This document shows, in pieces, positions 44,501 to 50,659 of a stretch of 64,000 nucleotides of DNA. Numbering within the stretch: position 1 is the first letter of the stretch; each line of letters begins with the position of its first letter. The translations under genes were made by a program, and so were the position numbers. The DNA comes from Wickerhamiella versatilis (Eukaryota): positions 1,550,001-1,614,000 of the forward strand of contig JAQOWU010000007.1 of assembly GCA_030867685.1 (NCBI GenBank). Reading direction: 5' to 3'. The notes beneath the pieces are model-generated. The model did not search any database. It had not been told where the DNA came from and was given only the letters and a program-made list of their open reading frames with translations.

Positions 44501-46211
44501 TGTGTAGTGATGATATTGATGTTTGCGATGAGACAGCGGTAGAGTTGTTATCATTTGTCGGTAATGCAGAGCTCCCTCTGCTTGTTTTACTACTTAAAGC
44601 ACCTGGGGTGTTTGCCTCGTTTGTTTTTGTTGCATTACCGGAAGATGAATGGGTGGTCGAAGGCCCCCCAATATTTGAGATAGAAGCATATTTATTCCAA
44701 GATCGAGATGATACCACTTTATGTGTACTATTTGGGCTTGACGAAGTCTCAGTTACGCTTCTATCAGTATCGGGCTTGCTGAAGAATGTACTATTAGGTG
44801 ATGTCGAACTTCCTGGTGTGGAAGATAGAATTTTCGAGCTGGAAGAACCTATACTTGATTTTCTGGAAATTAAGGATAAACTTGGAATGCTCGAGGCAGC
44901 GTTTCGAGTTGCCACTGTATTAGATATCGAGTTCACTGTTTTCCCTGAGGCATCTGTTGATGAAGTATTTGGAGCGGAAACACTCTCAGCCGAAACCCTT
45001 TTTATTGAGCTTGTCAAAGCAGCATAGGAGGTTTTCAACGATGACGCATTCGAAGGGTTATTCTCTTGAGCAGCTGAAGAAGAGCTCAATTTTTGCGTGT
45101 TGGACGCAGATTCCAGAATACTTGTATCCGAAAATATAGGCGAGCTCCTACCCTGAGTACTGCTTATCAGTGTCTTTGAAGAATTGGATGGAGCTGAGCT
45201 AGAGGATAAAAGGGTTGAACTTGATAGAACCACAGATTTGGAATTCACACTCGTTCCCCTTGATGAAGTCAAAGCAGAAAAAGAGGTATCTGTTTTTGCC
45301 GAGATTTCTGAATTTGACTTGACACCAATTGCGGTAGTCGAATTCGAGCCAAGACTCGTCTTAGTCTCAAGTGGGGAAGAAGAAGAGAGACCAGGATTTC
45401 CTGAAGATTTTCTCAATGAGATAGATATAGGTTTAGAACTACTCTGTGTTTTTTCAGAGCTAAGCGCACCGCTCGAACCCTGAGAACTCCTAGTCGACTT
45501 ACCTGGAGAAGACGTAAGAGCCGTATTTGATGAAATCTTCGATGAAACTGCAGTTGAATTTGCAGAGGAGGCCGTAGATGACGAACTTGATGGTCTTGCT
45601 GATGATCCCTTAGACGAAAAACTTGACGAAATCGCTGATGATCCCTGAGACGGAGAAATTGACGAATAAGCTGAAGATCCCTTAGACGAAAAACTTGATG
45701 GAGCCGCTGATGACCACTTAGACGAAAAGCTTGATGGAGTCGATGCCGACTCCCTAGACGATAGACTTGGTGGTATCTGTGATGACCCTTTGGACGAAGA
45801 ACTTGATGGAATCGTTGACGATCCCTTAGAAAACGAACCTGACGGAATTGCTGATGATCTCTCGGACGACAAACTTGACTGAATCGCTGATGATCCCTTA
45901 GACGACTTTGATGAAATCGCTGATGATCCCTTAGACGTTGATGAAATCGCTGATGATCCCTTGGACGACTTTGAAGAAATCGCTGACGATTCTCTAGACG
46001 ACTTTGATTTTATCGAGGACGAAATCAAGGATATCGAGCTCGACGTGGCTGGAACAGAACTTGATAAATGGATTGTAGAATTTAGTGATGAACTACTCTG
46101 CGACGAGTAATCCAAGTCTACTTTTTCATTTTCTGGTGATATCAATCCTTGCGCAGATACTGACTTAGGGCAGAAGCCCATCAGTATCAGCAACAATCCA
46201 GCTGCACGCAT
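32505..46211 (-). CDS. Giant (4568 aa) Ser/Thr/Pro/Gly-rich GPI-anchored cell-wall protein, adhesin/flocculin-like
   Basis: Uninterrupted 13.7-kb ORF; signal peptide MRAAGLLLILMGFCPKSVSA; C-terminal SNKASKTGRH-ILLAIIMSMFVLII GPI-type signal; several families of internal repeats. Confidence 0.92.
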   Translation of the reverse strand: MRAAGLLLILMGFCPKSVSAQGLISPENEKVDLDYSSQSSSSLNSTIHLSSSVPATSSSISLISSSIKSKSSRESSAISSKSSKGSSAISSTSKGSSAISSKSSKGSSAIQSSLSSERSSAIPSGSFSKGSSTIPSSSSSKGSSQIPPSLSSRESASTPSSFSSKWSSAAPSSFSSKGSSAYSSISPSQGSSAISSSFSSKGSSARPSSSSSTASSANSTAVSSKISSNTALTSSPGKSTRSSQGSSGALSSEKTQSSSKPISISLRKSSGNPGLSSSSPLETKTSLGSNSTTAIGVKSNSEISAKTDTSFSALTSSRGTSVNSKSVVLSSSTLLSSSSAPSNSSKTLISSTQGRSSPIFSDTSILESASNTQKLSSSSAAQENNPSNASSLKTSYAALTSSIKRVSAESVSAPNTSSTDASGKTVNSISNTVATRNAASSIPSLSLISRKSSIGSSSSKILSSTPGSSTSPNSTFFSKPDTDRSVTETSSSPNSTHKVVSSRSWNKYASISNIGGPSTTHSSSGNATKTNEANTPGALSSKTSRGSSALPTNDNNSTAVSSQTSISSLHIPLPVTSDNTSTLTSGKVTKTDNSSISALSSEASSSLSPIRNNSTGLSSHASIPSIHIPVPVPSENASTVRATLVSTSSPVNSTSVPQNPLLSSSLVVSSQTNHHQSSTLNASLTGSSIFESDKSLSGIRQTSRKSAAPITSFNTSISSPSSQKATIIQPGSSVVSPKSQSNNTRDTTLPTTSAELSSNSSSATGSKLHSASLRGNSVESISPSANPSSVPSYLPNTKNATSVIETKSQGPSNGNKASAVGSNSLPPRASNSTIPGQTTGYPASLASYYNSASGNQSTSESAATDSGAAEGPGKSLPISGLTSSISDGSTWTSLITIPCTLSKCSAPQYTTTVWAILPTASSNAPLSTITQTDVITYPGGTTPLTFTVTLPATNKAGNSSIYTPKTSAGNGTVSGETGSSAVITGSSSTNGTIYSGYPGSVIPTSSGAESTITTTVTIPCTKCSAGVVTTYTTVCEFTVPKPTATGMCATESVLSTTVTVSSNSKEVVVTATDVLCAPTSAFVGSDTSQTSVNNATISSGAAGSGTTDLAGGSSGTAQTSVANNATVSSGAAARISGPAGSSGAAQTSVANNATVSSGAAVSEPSGPAGNSGAAQTSGTNNASGSGTPGPAGSSTAAQTSVANNATVSSGAAARTSGPAGNSGAAQTNATNNAIASSGAGGSQIISSNGNNTPITSRAEKNTFSPSVVSGSGSRGVSESSGTNSAASMATGTPTYSGAESTITTTVTVPCTKCPAGVVTTYTTVCEFTVPKPTDTGMCATESVLSTTVTVSSNSKEVVVTATDVLCAPTSAFVGSDTSQTSASNATISSGAAGSGTTDLAGGSSGTAQTSVANNATVSSGAAGSGPSSPAGNSGAAPTSGTNNANGSGTPGPAGSSGVPKTSGGSDAFGSEASVPEGSSGIPRTSDQGNSATSEISGAATPTSGGVESTITTTVTVTCTKCPAGVVTTYTTVCEFTVPKPTDTGMCATESVLSTTVTISSNSKEVVVTATDVLCAPTGTGSLGSSTLGGAEGSSTSESGNSIPSPGESNTGGSTAPKSGTALVSGSSGKGPTAGASEASSTGNPAESTSPAAIASSSTGIGSISGVSEGSNTGESGRITASSTVTNGSGNETPTPEASEGPGTSNPASPTPGTAGTSRFAGESSTNVPQESNSVSPSYTVISVPCSHAEICSGRSYIISTIYPSITAAPSDTITRSPPSGGPPSGSESPSYETTKPATTITTTVTVTCNEERCNPKTELSTTLFFTVPTPTASGDCSTSSVLRSTITISEITVPVSVTATRVACASTVPEASGTLSTFSLVSSATEGSGITAPTSSQQGAGGSRTQQSSASGPASFESENGSGTPSVTGSETQPGPVTTVVCSTVLTTQSGSELVTITTAGPCPTSGSIVPANSQPEASGPETQPGSGSGPANSGTPSVTSPESQPGSGPTNSGSPSETNPESQPGSGPANSGSPSVNSPETQPGPVTTVVCSTVLTTQSGSELVTITTAGPCPTSGSIVPTNSQPEASGPGTQPGSGSGPANSGTPSVTSPESQPGGGPANSGTPSVTSPETQPGPVTTVVCSTVLTTQSGSELVTITTAGPCPTSGSIVPTNSQPEASGPGTQPGSGSGPANSGTPSVTSPESQPGGGPANSGKPSVTSPETQPGPVTTVVCSTVLTTQSGSELVTITTAGPCPSSGGVAPTNSQPGSGSGPTNSGSPSETSPESQPGSGPANSGSPSEASPETQPGPVTTVVCSTVLTTQSGSELVTITTAGPCPSSGGVAPTNSQPEASGPEASGSESQPGSGSGPANSGTPSVTSPRGQPGSGPANSGSSSATSLESQPVTPGVGNSGVNPSISSSPASESATQPSYVVSTLPCSHPEVCSGRSYLVTTLYPATSGTTPLSKSESPSESRIISTPSSVSEEVCSTIITTSRGDRTETITSTIPCQSQSAKPTSNNVPLSSIPETPSGSAANGLTSSNNGPGKASSTPGSGCNTVITTSNANGAIITITTVVPCESQQPTSPGTPLVPSSIESSVRAPSLPTPSGQYPSTLVSSSPKEECSTVITISSGSEVITTTSAVPCESQQPTPFSETSSVPAGSTPNGPNSSGIAPSASISPSPSGPAPSGSATSGPAPSGAPSGPAPSGPAPSGSAPSGSASPTPEGGCNTVITTSDGNGIVTTTSAVPCESQQSPQTSGAGPRVPSSSYSPSEQSLNSATGPGNESPTTETGLSSVQTLTPTSIVSTGPHTTAITTVTVPCTHETCHQTEYTTTCQWTVPQATASECETTIVSTSTVVVSEASSVISQTFTVPCSATTGNSAASNGPMPTGPAPSTPESGCSTVITTTSGGSTVTITSAVPCESQQPESSSGNSPSPSGSAPSGPASNGSAPSGQAPSGSAPSGSAPSGPAPSGSAPSGPAPSGSAPSGSAPSGPAPSSSASSTPEGGCSTVLTTSSGNSIVTITSAVPCESEQPQTSNGGSPTPSGPAPSGPAPSGPAPSGPAPSGSAPSGSAPSGSAPSGPAPSGPAPSGSVPSGPAPSGSAPSGPAPSGSAPSGSAPSGPAPSSSASSTPEGGCSTVLTTSSGNSIVTITSAVPCESEQPQTSNGGSPTPSGQAPSGSAPSGSAPSGPAPSGSAPSGPAPSGPAPSGSAPSGPAPSGPAPSGLAPSGPAPSGPAPSGPAPSGSAPSGSAPSGSAPSGPAPSGPAPSGPAPSGSAPSGPAPSGPTPSGSAPSGPAPSGPAPSGPAPSGPTPSGSAPSGPAPSGSAPSGPAPSSSASSTPEGGCSTVLTTSSGNSVVTITSAVPCESEQPQTSNGGSPTPSGPVPSGSAPSGPAPSGPAPSGSVPSGSAPSGSAPSGSAPSGSASSPPEGGCSTVLTTLSGDSTVTITSAVPCESQQPQASNEGSLVPSGSAPSEPESSGPVPTSSASTGPGNESPSAATGSSSLPTLTSPSIVSTGPHTTAITTVTVPCTHETCHQTEYTTTCQWTVPQATASECETTIVSTSTVVVSEASSVISQTFTVPCSATTGNSPASSGPAPTIVASSVPAPSGPASSVPAPSGPAPSGPAPSGPAPSGSEPSESSGPAPSGSAPSGPAPSGSAPSGPAPSGSAPSGPAPSGSAPSGPAPSGSAPSGPAPSGPAPSGPAPSGPAPSGPAPSGPAPSGSAPSGPAPSGSASSPPEGGCSTILTTSSGDSIVTITSAVPCESQQPQTSNGGSAAPSGSAPSAPASSGPAPSGSVASTPERGCSTVITTSDGSGIVTTTSAVPCESQQTPQPSGTGPRVSPSTYSSSAHSEPVSSGPGNESPSAATGSSSLPTLTSPSIASTGPHTTAITTVTVPCTHETCHQTEYTTTCQWTVPQATASECETTIVSTSTVVVSEASSVITQTFTVPCSATTGNSPASSGPAPSGPASSGPAPSGPAPSGSEPSESSRPAPSGPAPSGSAPSGSESSETSGPAPSGSAPSGSAPSGSGPSGSASSPPEGGCSTVFTTSSGGSTVTITSAVPCESQQQPQAPTGSTPVPSGATPSGSAPSGPAPSGPAPSGSESSETSGPAPSGSAPSGSAPSGSAPSGSGPSGSGPSGSASSPPEGGCSTVFTTSSGGSTVTITSAVPCESRQQPQTPTGSTPVPSGATPSGQASSGPSPSPSGSARSGPSLAGSASGPSLSVPESSGPAFTSPASNETTYNGPASSGSGTGVEVSSSPVSSALASSTPVSGCSTVITSLSGNITVTTTASVPCGLSQKPQPSTAASPTASAPVSSGSEPTEAPSNGPGAAGPTSGQICSTIITTSTGSDIVTVTSDIPCGGQSESQTGTETPTVPVSSPTSPQYPASAGSTSGINSPENTEVSTPSITASNSQSEPTGSTETSSESYTYGTVTRGSLTGPELVTIATMSPSTTCPTSELTYMVLHGSSTLLEQPKASESMSGSIQEATINSQYLNSAPTSEVATASIKSRSDNAPQFESNAIPDAPSVSQTDSVPMLSNKASKTGRHILLAIIMSMFVLII
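33770..38165 (-). repeat. Interrupted 15-bp minisatellite encoding PSG(S/P)A pentapeptides
   Basis: Plus-strand unit CCACTRGGTGCTGRT / CCACTGGGTGCCGAG; longest runs at about 35008-35280 and 36208-36690. Confidence 0.95.
39190..40415 (-). repeat. Five near-identical ~250-330-bp units carrying GPVTTVVCSTVLTTQSGSELVTITTAGPCP
   Basis: ggtccagctgttgttattgtaacaag...ctctgagttgtaagaaccgt recurs near 39205, 39451, 39724, 39996 and 40327. Confidence 0.93.
41481..43188 (-). repeat. Three copies of a ~70-aa Cys-rich module (ESTITTTVTVPCTKC...DVLCAPT) separated by QTSVANNATVSSGAA repeats
   Basis: Copies at about 41481-41694, 42105-42318 and 42975-43188, nearly identical at DNA level. Confidence 0.93.
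45560..46010 (-). repeat. Degenerate ~33-36-bp tandem repeat encoding SSKGSSAISS-type units at the adhesin N-terminus
   Basis: Recurring aatcgctgatgatcccttagacg on the plus strand. Confidence 0.85.
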
Positions 46212-47567
46212 GGCTGCTAAACTGTCAGGCAGAGGTTGAGAATTTGTACTATATCATATGCTATATATGCTGATCGCAAGCAGTAGAGCCATTAGGGTTG
46301 ATACATGCAATTTTTCACTCAAACCATGTAGTATTATACAGTAGTTCTGGTAATATCGACTTTCGTGACAATCAGGCGCGGGTCGAACAAGCGCATCTAA
46401 TAAAATTGGCATCGATAAATAAAGGACTCACACGTAGAAAAGCATTAAGCAGAGAAATTATAGCAGCTATAAAAATTATTTTGAAATATATATGACACCA
46501 CCTCTAGCTAGGAATGTATTTCTTATCTGATTTTTCTTCTACTTGCTTAACCCCTACCCTGTCCCGTTAGGCGTTGCAAGTGAGTTGACAAGTGAAACGG
46601 ATATAGGTGCATGAGCACTAATTGATGCTCCAATTATATAATTTATATACGAAATGCAAAGGGCGACCCTGGTAGCTTTTTCATCGCCCTTTTCAATGTT
46701 GAGTTATTTTTAAAAGCATAGAAGAGGTTAGCCACAACGGCGTTCAAAAATAGGACAAAAACACCTCGCTGCCGACGGTTTCCTATATTTGCTAGTTATA
46801 AGTTGCAACTCATCTTTCAATTAGGCAATTCGGATATTATACTAGGACTGATAAAAAAAACTCATAAAAAATTCAATCCATCAAATCTTCTTCTCCACTA
46901 AAAAGGTCATTCGCATGTAATGAGATCAAAATATCCAATGTTTCAGCAAGTCTTTGTTTCAGGACAAGTGCATATCAGCATAGAACTAGTAAACCATTAT
47001 TTAGGAACCTTCGTTTTCATTCCCTTCGATTATTAGTGGCTACCGACTGATTCCAGTGCCTCTTTTCACATACTTCTTATTCTCGAAAACCTTGCTTGAA
47101 GAAATAGCTGCCCACTGTGACCTTGAAAGATTCTGAACTAAAAGCTTGAAATAATACAGATCTATAGCTACTTTTTAAAAATCCTACCTCTTCCCCGTCA
47201 ATATTCCCATATTTCAGTCTCCCTCGCCAATCACTAGTGCTACACTGAACAGCCCCGTGATCGGCGGGCTGATGACCTAACCACTCATTTATCAAAATCT
47301 TTCATGTTATCCTAACCTACGAGGAAGAGAACGTCATGATACCAAGAAATATAGCTAACCTAGTCTGGATTCTACTGATTAGAGTACATGTAGCTTTACC
47401 GATCTGATTTTGAGCTCCAATCTTGCTCACTTGCTGGATCATGTTTGCTTGTGCCCTAACCCAGTTATAATCCTATATATGTTTGTACTGACGCTATAGA
47501 TTACCTCAGCAACGTTGAACTGCTTTGAGGTACTGCTAAAAACTTCAGTTCGAGTTAATTGAATTGA

Positions 47568-48764
47568 ATGGAATCGCTTCCCACTTACGATAGCTGGGAA
47601 AAGAGACATTTTGAGACTAACGAGGAAATTGACCCCGCTCGTGTTTGGCTGGAAGTTAATGAAACAACTTTCGATTGTGGTGGTCTCTTGACCGGGGTTG
47701 CATCAGTGGCAGTAACTAACTTTATGGAAAATGTGGATATTGAATTGGTGCTAATGCGGCTGGAGGAGTATGTCGATGATGTTAAAAAACCTCACAAACA
47801 TTACAGCACGATTGTGTCTCGTAAACTCTCCCCTACACTGGCAAGTGTTGAGCCTGGTTTCATGTACACGTCACCATTTGCTTTGCAAATACCCGTTCCA
47901 GCCGATTTGAGGCACCCAGAGCGGCTAGTTCCTACACTATCATTTGCCAGGTCTCTCAATTGTTGCCCGGGGCAGGCCCGTGTGACATACCAATTGATGA
48001 GTCGCATTCGGGAGCCTAAAAATATTCGGCGTAGACGAACATACTCGCATGATTTGCAGTATGCTGGTGTGGATTTAACGCATCTCACTGGGTTCAGAAT
48101 TGGCTCGGTGTTTGGGGTCATTGGGCCAGAGGCTGCGTCGGCCATAGAGGAGTATCAGGCATCAGACAATAAGTCACCAGAACTTGAAAACGTACATTTG
48201 GAGTGTGAGGCTCCTATTTGGCATTGTTTTGGGGATATCGGGATGGTGACCTTTCGCATTCACAGAGCGGGTATGGCAGGTCCTCCGCGCACTCCCTTTG
48301 CACGTATTTCAGTCATTCGTAACCTGCTGGTAGACCACAATGGGGTTCAAGGAAGCCCAGCCAGCTCCAGCCGTAAACATTACCGTTGGATTGTCAGTAC
48401 TGGGAAAGTGGTGCTGGGTGGACTGGTGTGGTATCAATCCGCTTCAGATGAATGGGAGGCAGAAATAAAGCTGCCTTACGAGCTGAAAGATGCTCATGAC
48501 TATCCCAGCTTTATGGCTGACCGCATTGCTATGACCTATAGATTGGAAGTTGAAATTGGTGATAAGTGTTTTGCCGTCCCGCTAATCATATGCCCACCGA
48601 TGCCGCCTCCTTACGGCCACATGCCAGCGCTCTCCCGTACAACGAGTAGGGGCTCGGTAGCAACCACAATAGCCTCTTCGGTAATGATACCATGCTACCC
48701 TGAGTCTACTTCGATACCGCAGAAGGCAGGCGAAAAAGCTACGTATGTCTCGACTGCGGGTTAG
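47568..48764 (+). CDS. Highly divergent arrestin-fold/PY-motif protein
   Basis: FDCGGLLTGVASV, YTSPFALQIP, LVPT, ARVTYQLMSRI, PSFMADRIAMTYRLEVEI; LPTY at the N-terminus and PPPY near the C-terminus. Confidence 0.65.
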   Translation: MESLPTYDSWEKRHFETNEEIDPARVWLEVNETTFDCGGLLTGVASVAVTNFMENVDIELVLMRLEEYVDDVKKPHKHYSTIVSRKLSPTLASVEPGFMYTSPFALQIPVPADLRHPERLVPTLSFARSLNCCPGQARVTYQLMSRIREPKNIRRRRTYSHDLQYAGVDLTHLTGFRIGSVFGVIGPEAASAIEEYQASDNKSPELENVHLECEAPIWHCFGDIGMVTFRIHRAGMAGPPRTPFARISVIRNLLVDHNGVQGSPASSSRKHYRWIVSTGKVVLGGLVWYQSASDEWEAEIKLPYELKDAHDYPSFMADRIAMTYRLEVEIGDKCFAVPLIICPPMPPPYGHMPALSRTTSRGSVATTIASSVMIPCYPESTSIPQKAGEKATYVSTAG

Positions 48765-48936
48765 ATATAATGCATATCCATTTATTTTTATGCCACATAA
48801 GCATCTGTACTATTTTACCCAAATATATTTTAAAATGCAGTTTAAACAATTCTCACCCAGGTGATGTGGCCCGCCTCTCTGCCGAGCTAAACTTATAAAG
48901 GTCTGTTCAGAATTTCAGGATTACGTAAAGCGAGAA

Positions 48937-49575
48937 ATGATACGCAGGTTGTGTCTACCTCGGAGAACAGTTGTTACCGTAACAAGCAGAGGCACACAGC
49001 GTTTAGGCCGTGGTTTAAAAAAGGATGAGTCCAGCTATATGCTGTCGCCGGAGGGTATTCCATACCCTGGACCTAGCGATATGCGTAGACCTGTTCATGA
49101 TATTCTTGGTGAAAAATGGGCTTTACCCGAGGAACTGCTAGTCCAAAGTCTTACCCACAAGTCTTTTGCACATGCTAAATGTCCTTATAATGAAAAGCTT
49201 GCCATACTGGGACAGCAGCTTCTCAGAATGGAAGCCTCTCGAGCAGTGGCCGATTATTATCCAAAGGATACCATGTCCGAAAACTATCTACTGAATGGTA
49301 AGAACTTCGACGTTGATCAACGTGCCGTTGAGCTCTTGTCAAGCACTCCAACTTTGTCCGCTTTGTGCCGTCAAGCTGGGCTTAACGGAGCAATATTTTG
49401 GAAACCAGCAAGACCAGGAGATGCGCCAACTGTTCAGGCCAAGGTGGTTTGTGCACTGGTAGGTGCAGTACTTACGCGCCACGGACTCGAATCTGCCTCT
49501 GCATTTATTCATGAAAAATTGTTTCAAGGGCCTTTATCAGTATTTAAAGTTGCAGACCAACTCTATCGGCCTTAA
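48937..49575 (+). CDS. MRPL15: Mitochondrial ribosomal protein mL57 (RNase III-like fold)
   Basis: Arg-rich presequence; LVQSLTHKSFAHAKCPYNEKLAILG, IFWKP, ALVGAVLTRHG. Confidence 0.85.
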   Translation: MIRRLCLPRRTVVTVTSRGTQRLGRGLKKDESSYMLSPEGIPYPGPSDMRRPVHDILGEKWALPEELLVQSLTHKSFAHAKCPYNEKLAILGQQLLRMEASRAVADYYPKDTMSENYLLNGKNFDVDQRAVELLSSTPTLSALCRQAGLNGAIFWKPARPGDAPTVQAKVVCALVGAVLTRHGLESASAFIHEKLFQGPLSVFKVADQLYRP

Positions 49576-49587
49576 TCTGTATATAAT

Positions 49588-50238
49588 TTAGACGATGCGA
49601 TCATTCTCAGAAGTTATGTTCCAACCAAGCAAAGCACCGATTTCAGTGACTTTTGCCCATGCAGTCTCCAGACACACCCTCAACATGCCTTTATGCTTAT
49701 TTTTCTTGTCCGCGGTGCCTTCAGCAGTGGTTGGAAGTACATTGTCACCGGCAGACAGGCTAATAAAAAGTGTGAGTGGCACGGCCCACACAAGAAGCCC
49801 AAAAAATGATGCTATTTCGCGGAATGGTGGTAAGGTCTCCCCCTTAAAGGTTGGAATATGTTCATAGACGGTATAAGGAGGTAAATCAGGGTTGTAGAAA
49901 TGTCTAGTCCACAAAAAGTGATTCAGCACTGCGCCAACACAACCCACGATAAATTGGGGGCTGGTGACCTCCACAAGGGGAAACTGTTTCATTGTTTGGA
50001 GATATACACAGTTAATAGCAATAGAAAACGCCGTTTTCCAGAATGAAAGACCATCGAAAAGCCAAAGCAGCGCGTGGCATGCGATGACTGCCCAGATCAT
50101 CTGAACTATTACCTTTTTGGCGAGTACACTGTGCTCTTCAACCTGCTCACTGATGAAATAAAGTCCAAGAGCTATTAAGAAAACCATGGTAAAAAAGCCT
50201 ACCACGGCTCCCACACCACTAAGGAGCCATAGAATCAT
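49588..50238 (-). CDS. SVP26: ER-Golgi adaptor Svp26/TEX261
   Basis: IALGLYFISEQVEEHSVLAKK, NHFLWTRHF, FREIASFFGLLVWAVPLTLFISLSAGDNVLPT. Confidence 0.93.
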   Translation of the reverse strand: MILWLLSGVGAVVGFFTMVFLIALGLYFISEQVEEHSVLAKKVIVQMIWAVIACHALLWLFDGLSFWKTAFSIAINCVYLQTMKQFPLVEVTSPQFIVGCVGAVLNHFLWTRHFYNPDLPPYTVYEHIPTFKGETLPPFREIASFFGLLVWAVPLTLFISLSAGDNVLPTTAEGTADKKNKHKGMLRVCLETAWAKVTEIGALLGWNITSENDRIV

Positions 50239-50659
50239 AAAATGAGGAGTATGTCGAACCTACAAATCACGTCAGCATTATGTATAATGATAAATGCTTA
50301 TAGCCATCACCTGCCGGATACACGTTACATTGAGCCGAAAAATAATTAAAAGCTTCTATTTAGGCATGTTCGATAGTAGAACCTGTGTGAATCTTCCTAG
50401 CTATTATACCAGCAACTATAGAATACCGCTTAAGCCCGATCACAACACTACTAGGGCTTAAGCTATCTACGAATGTTCAGATATATTATCAGACAAAAAC
50501 ACAGCTAGGTATTAAAAGAGGAAAAAAAATGCCGCTGGGCTTTATCAGGTGCCATATTTATCAAGTTATTATATCCCAAGTAATCCTTATTAGTCAACAG
50601 GGCATCGCCGAGGTCCCCCGTCTCCGCAAACCTGCTTCTCCCTGAACCCCAGCAAGATA

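Noticed and set aside
33042-45483. Many long antisense and alternate-frame ORFs in the adhesin (GAGPL, VDQHP and WVLVH repeats; collagen-like appearance)
   Set aside because: They are by-products of the stop-free 15-bp repeat and biased codon use; they mostly start at non-ATG codons and have no independent features
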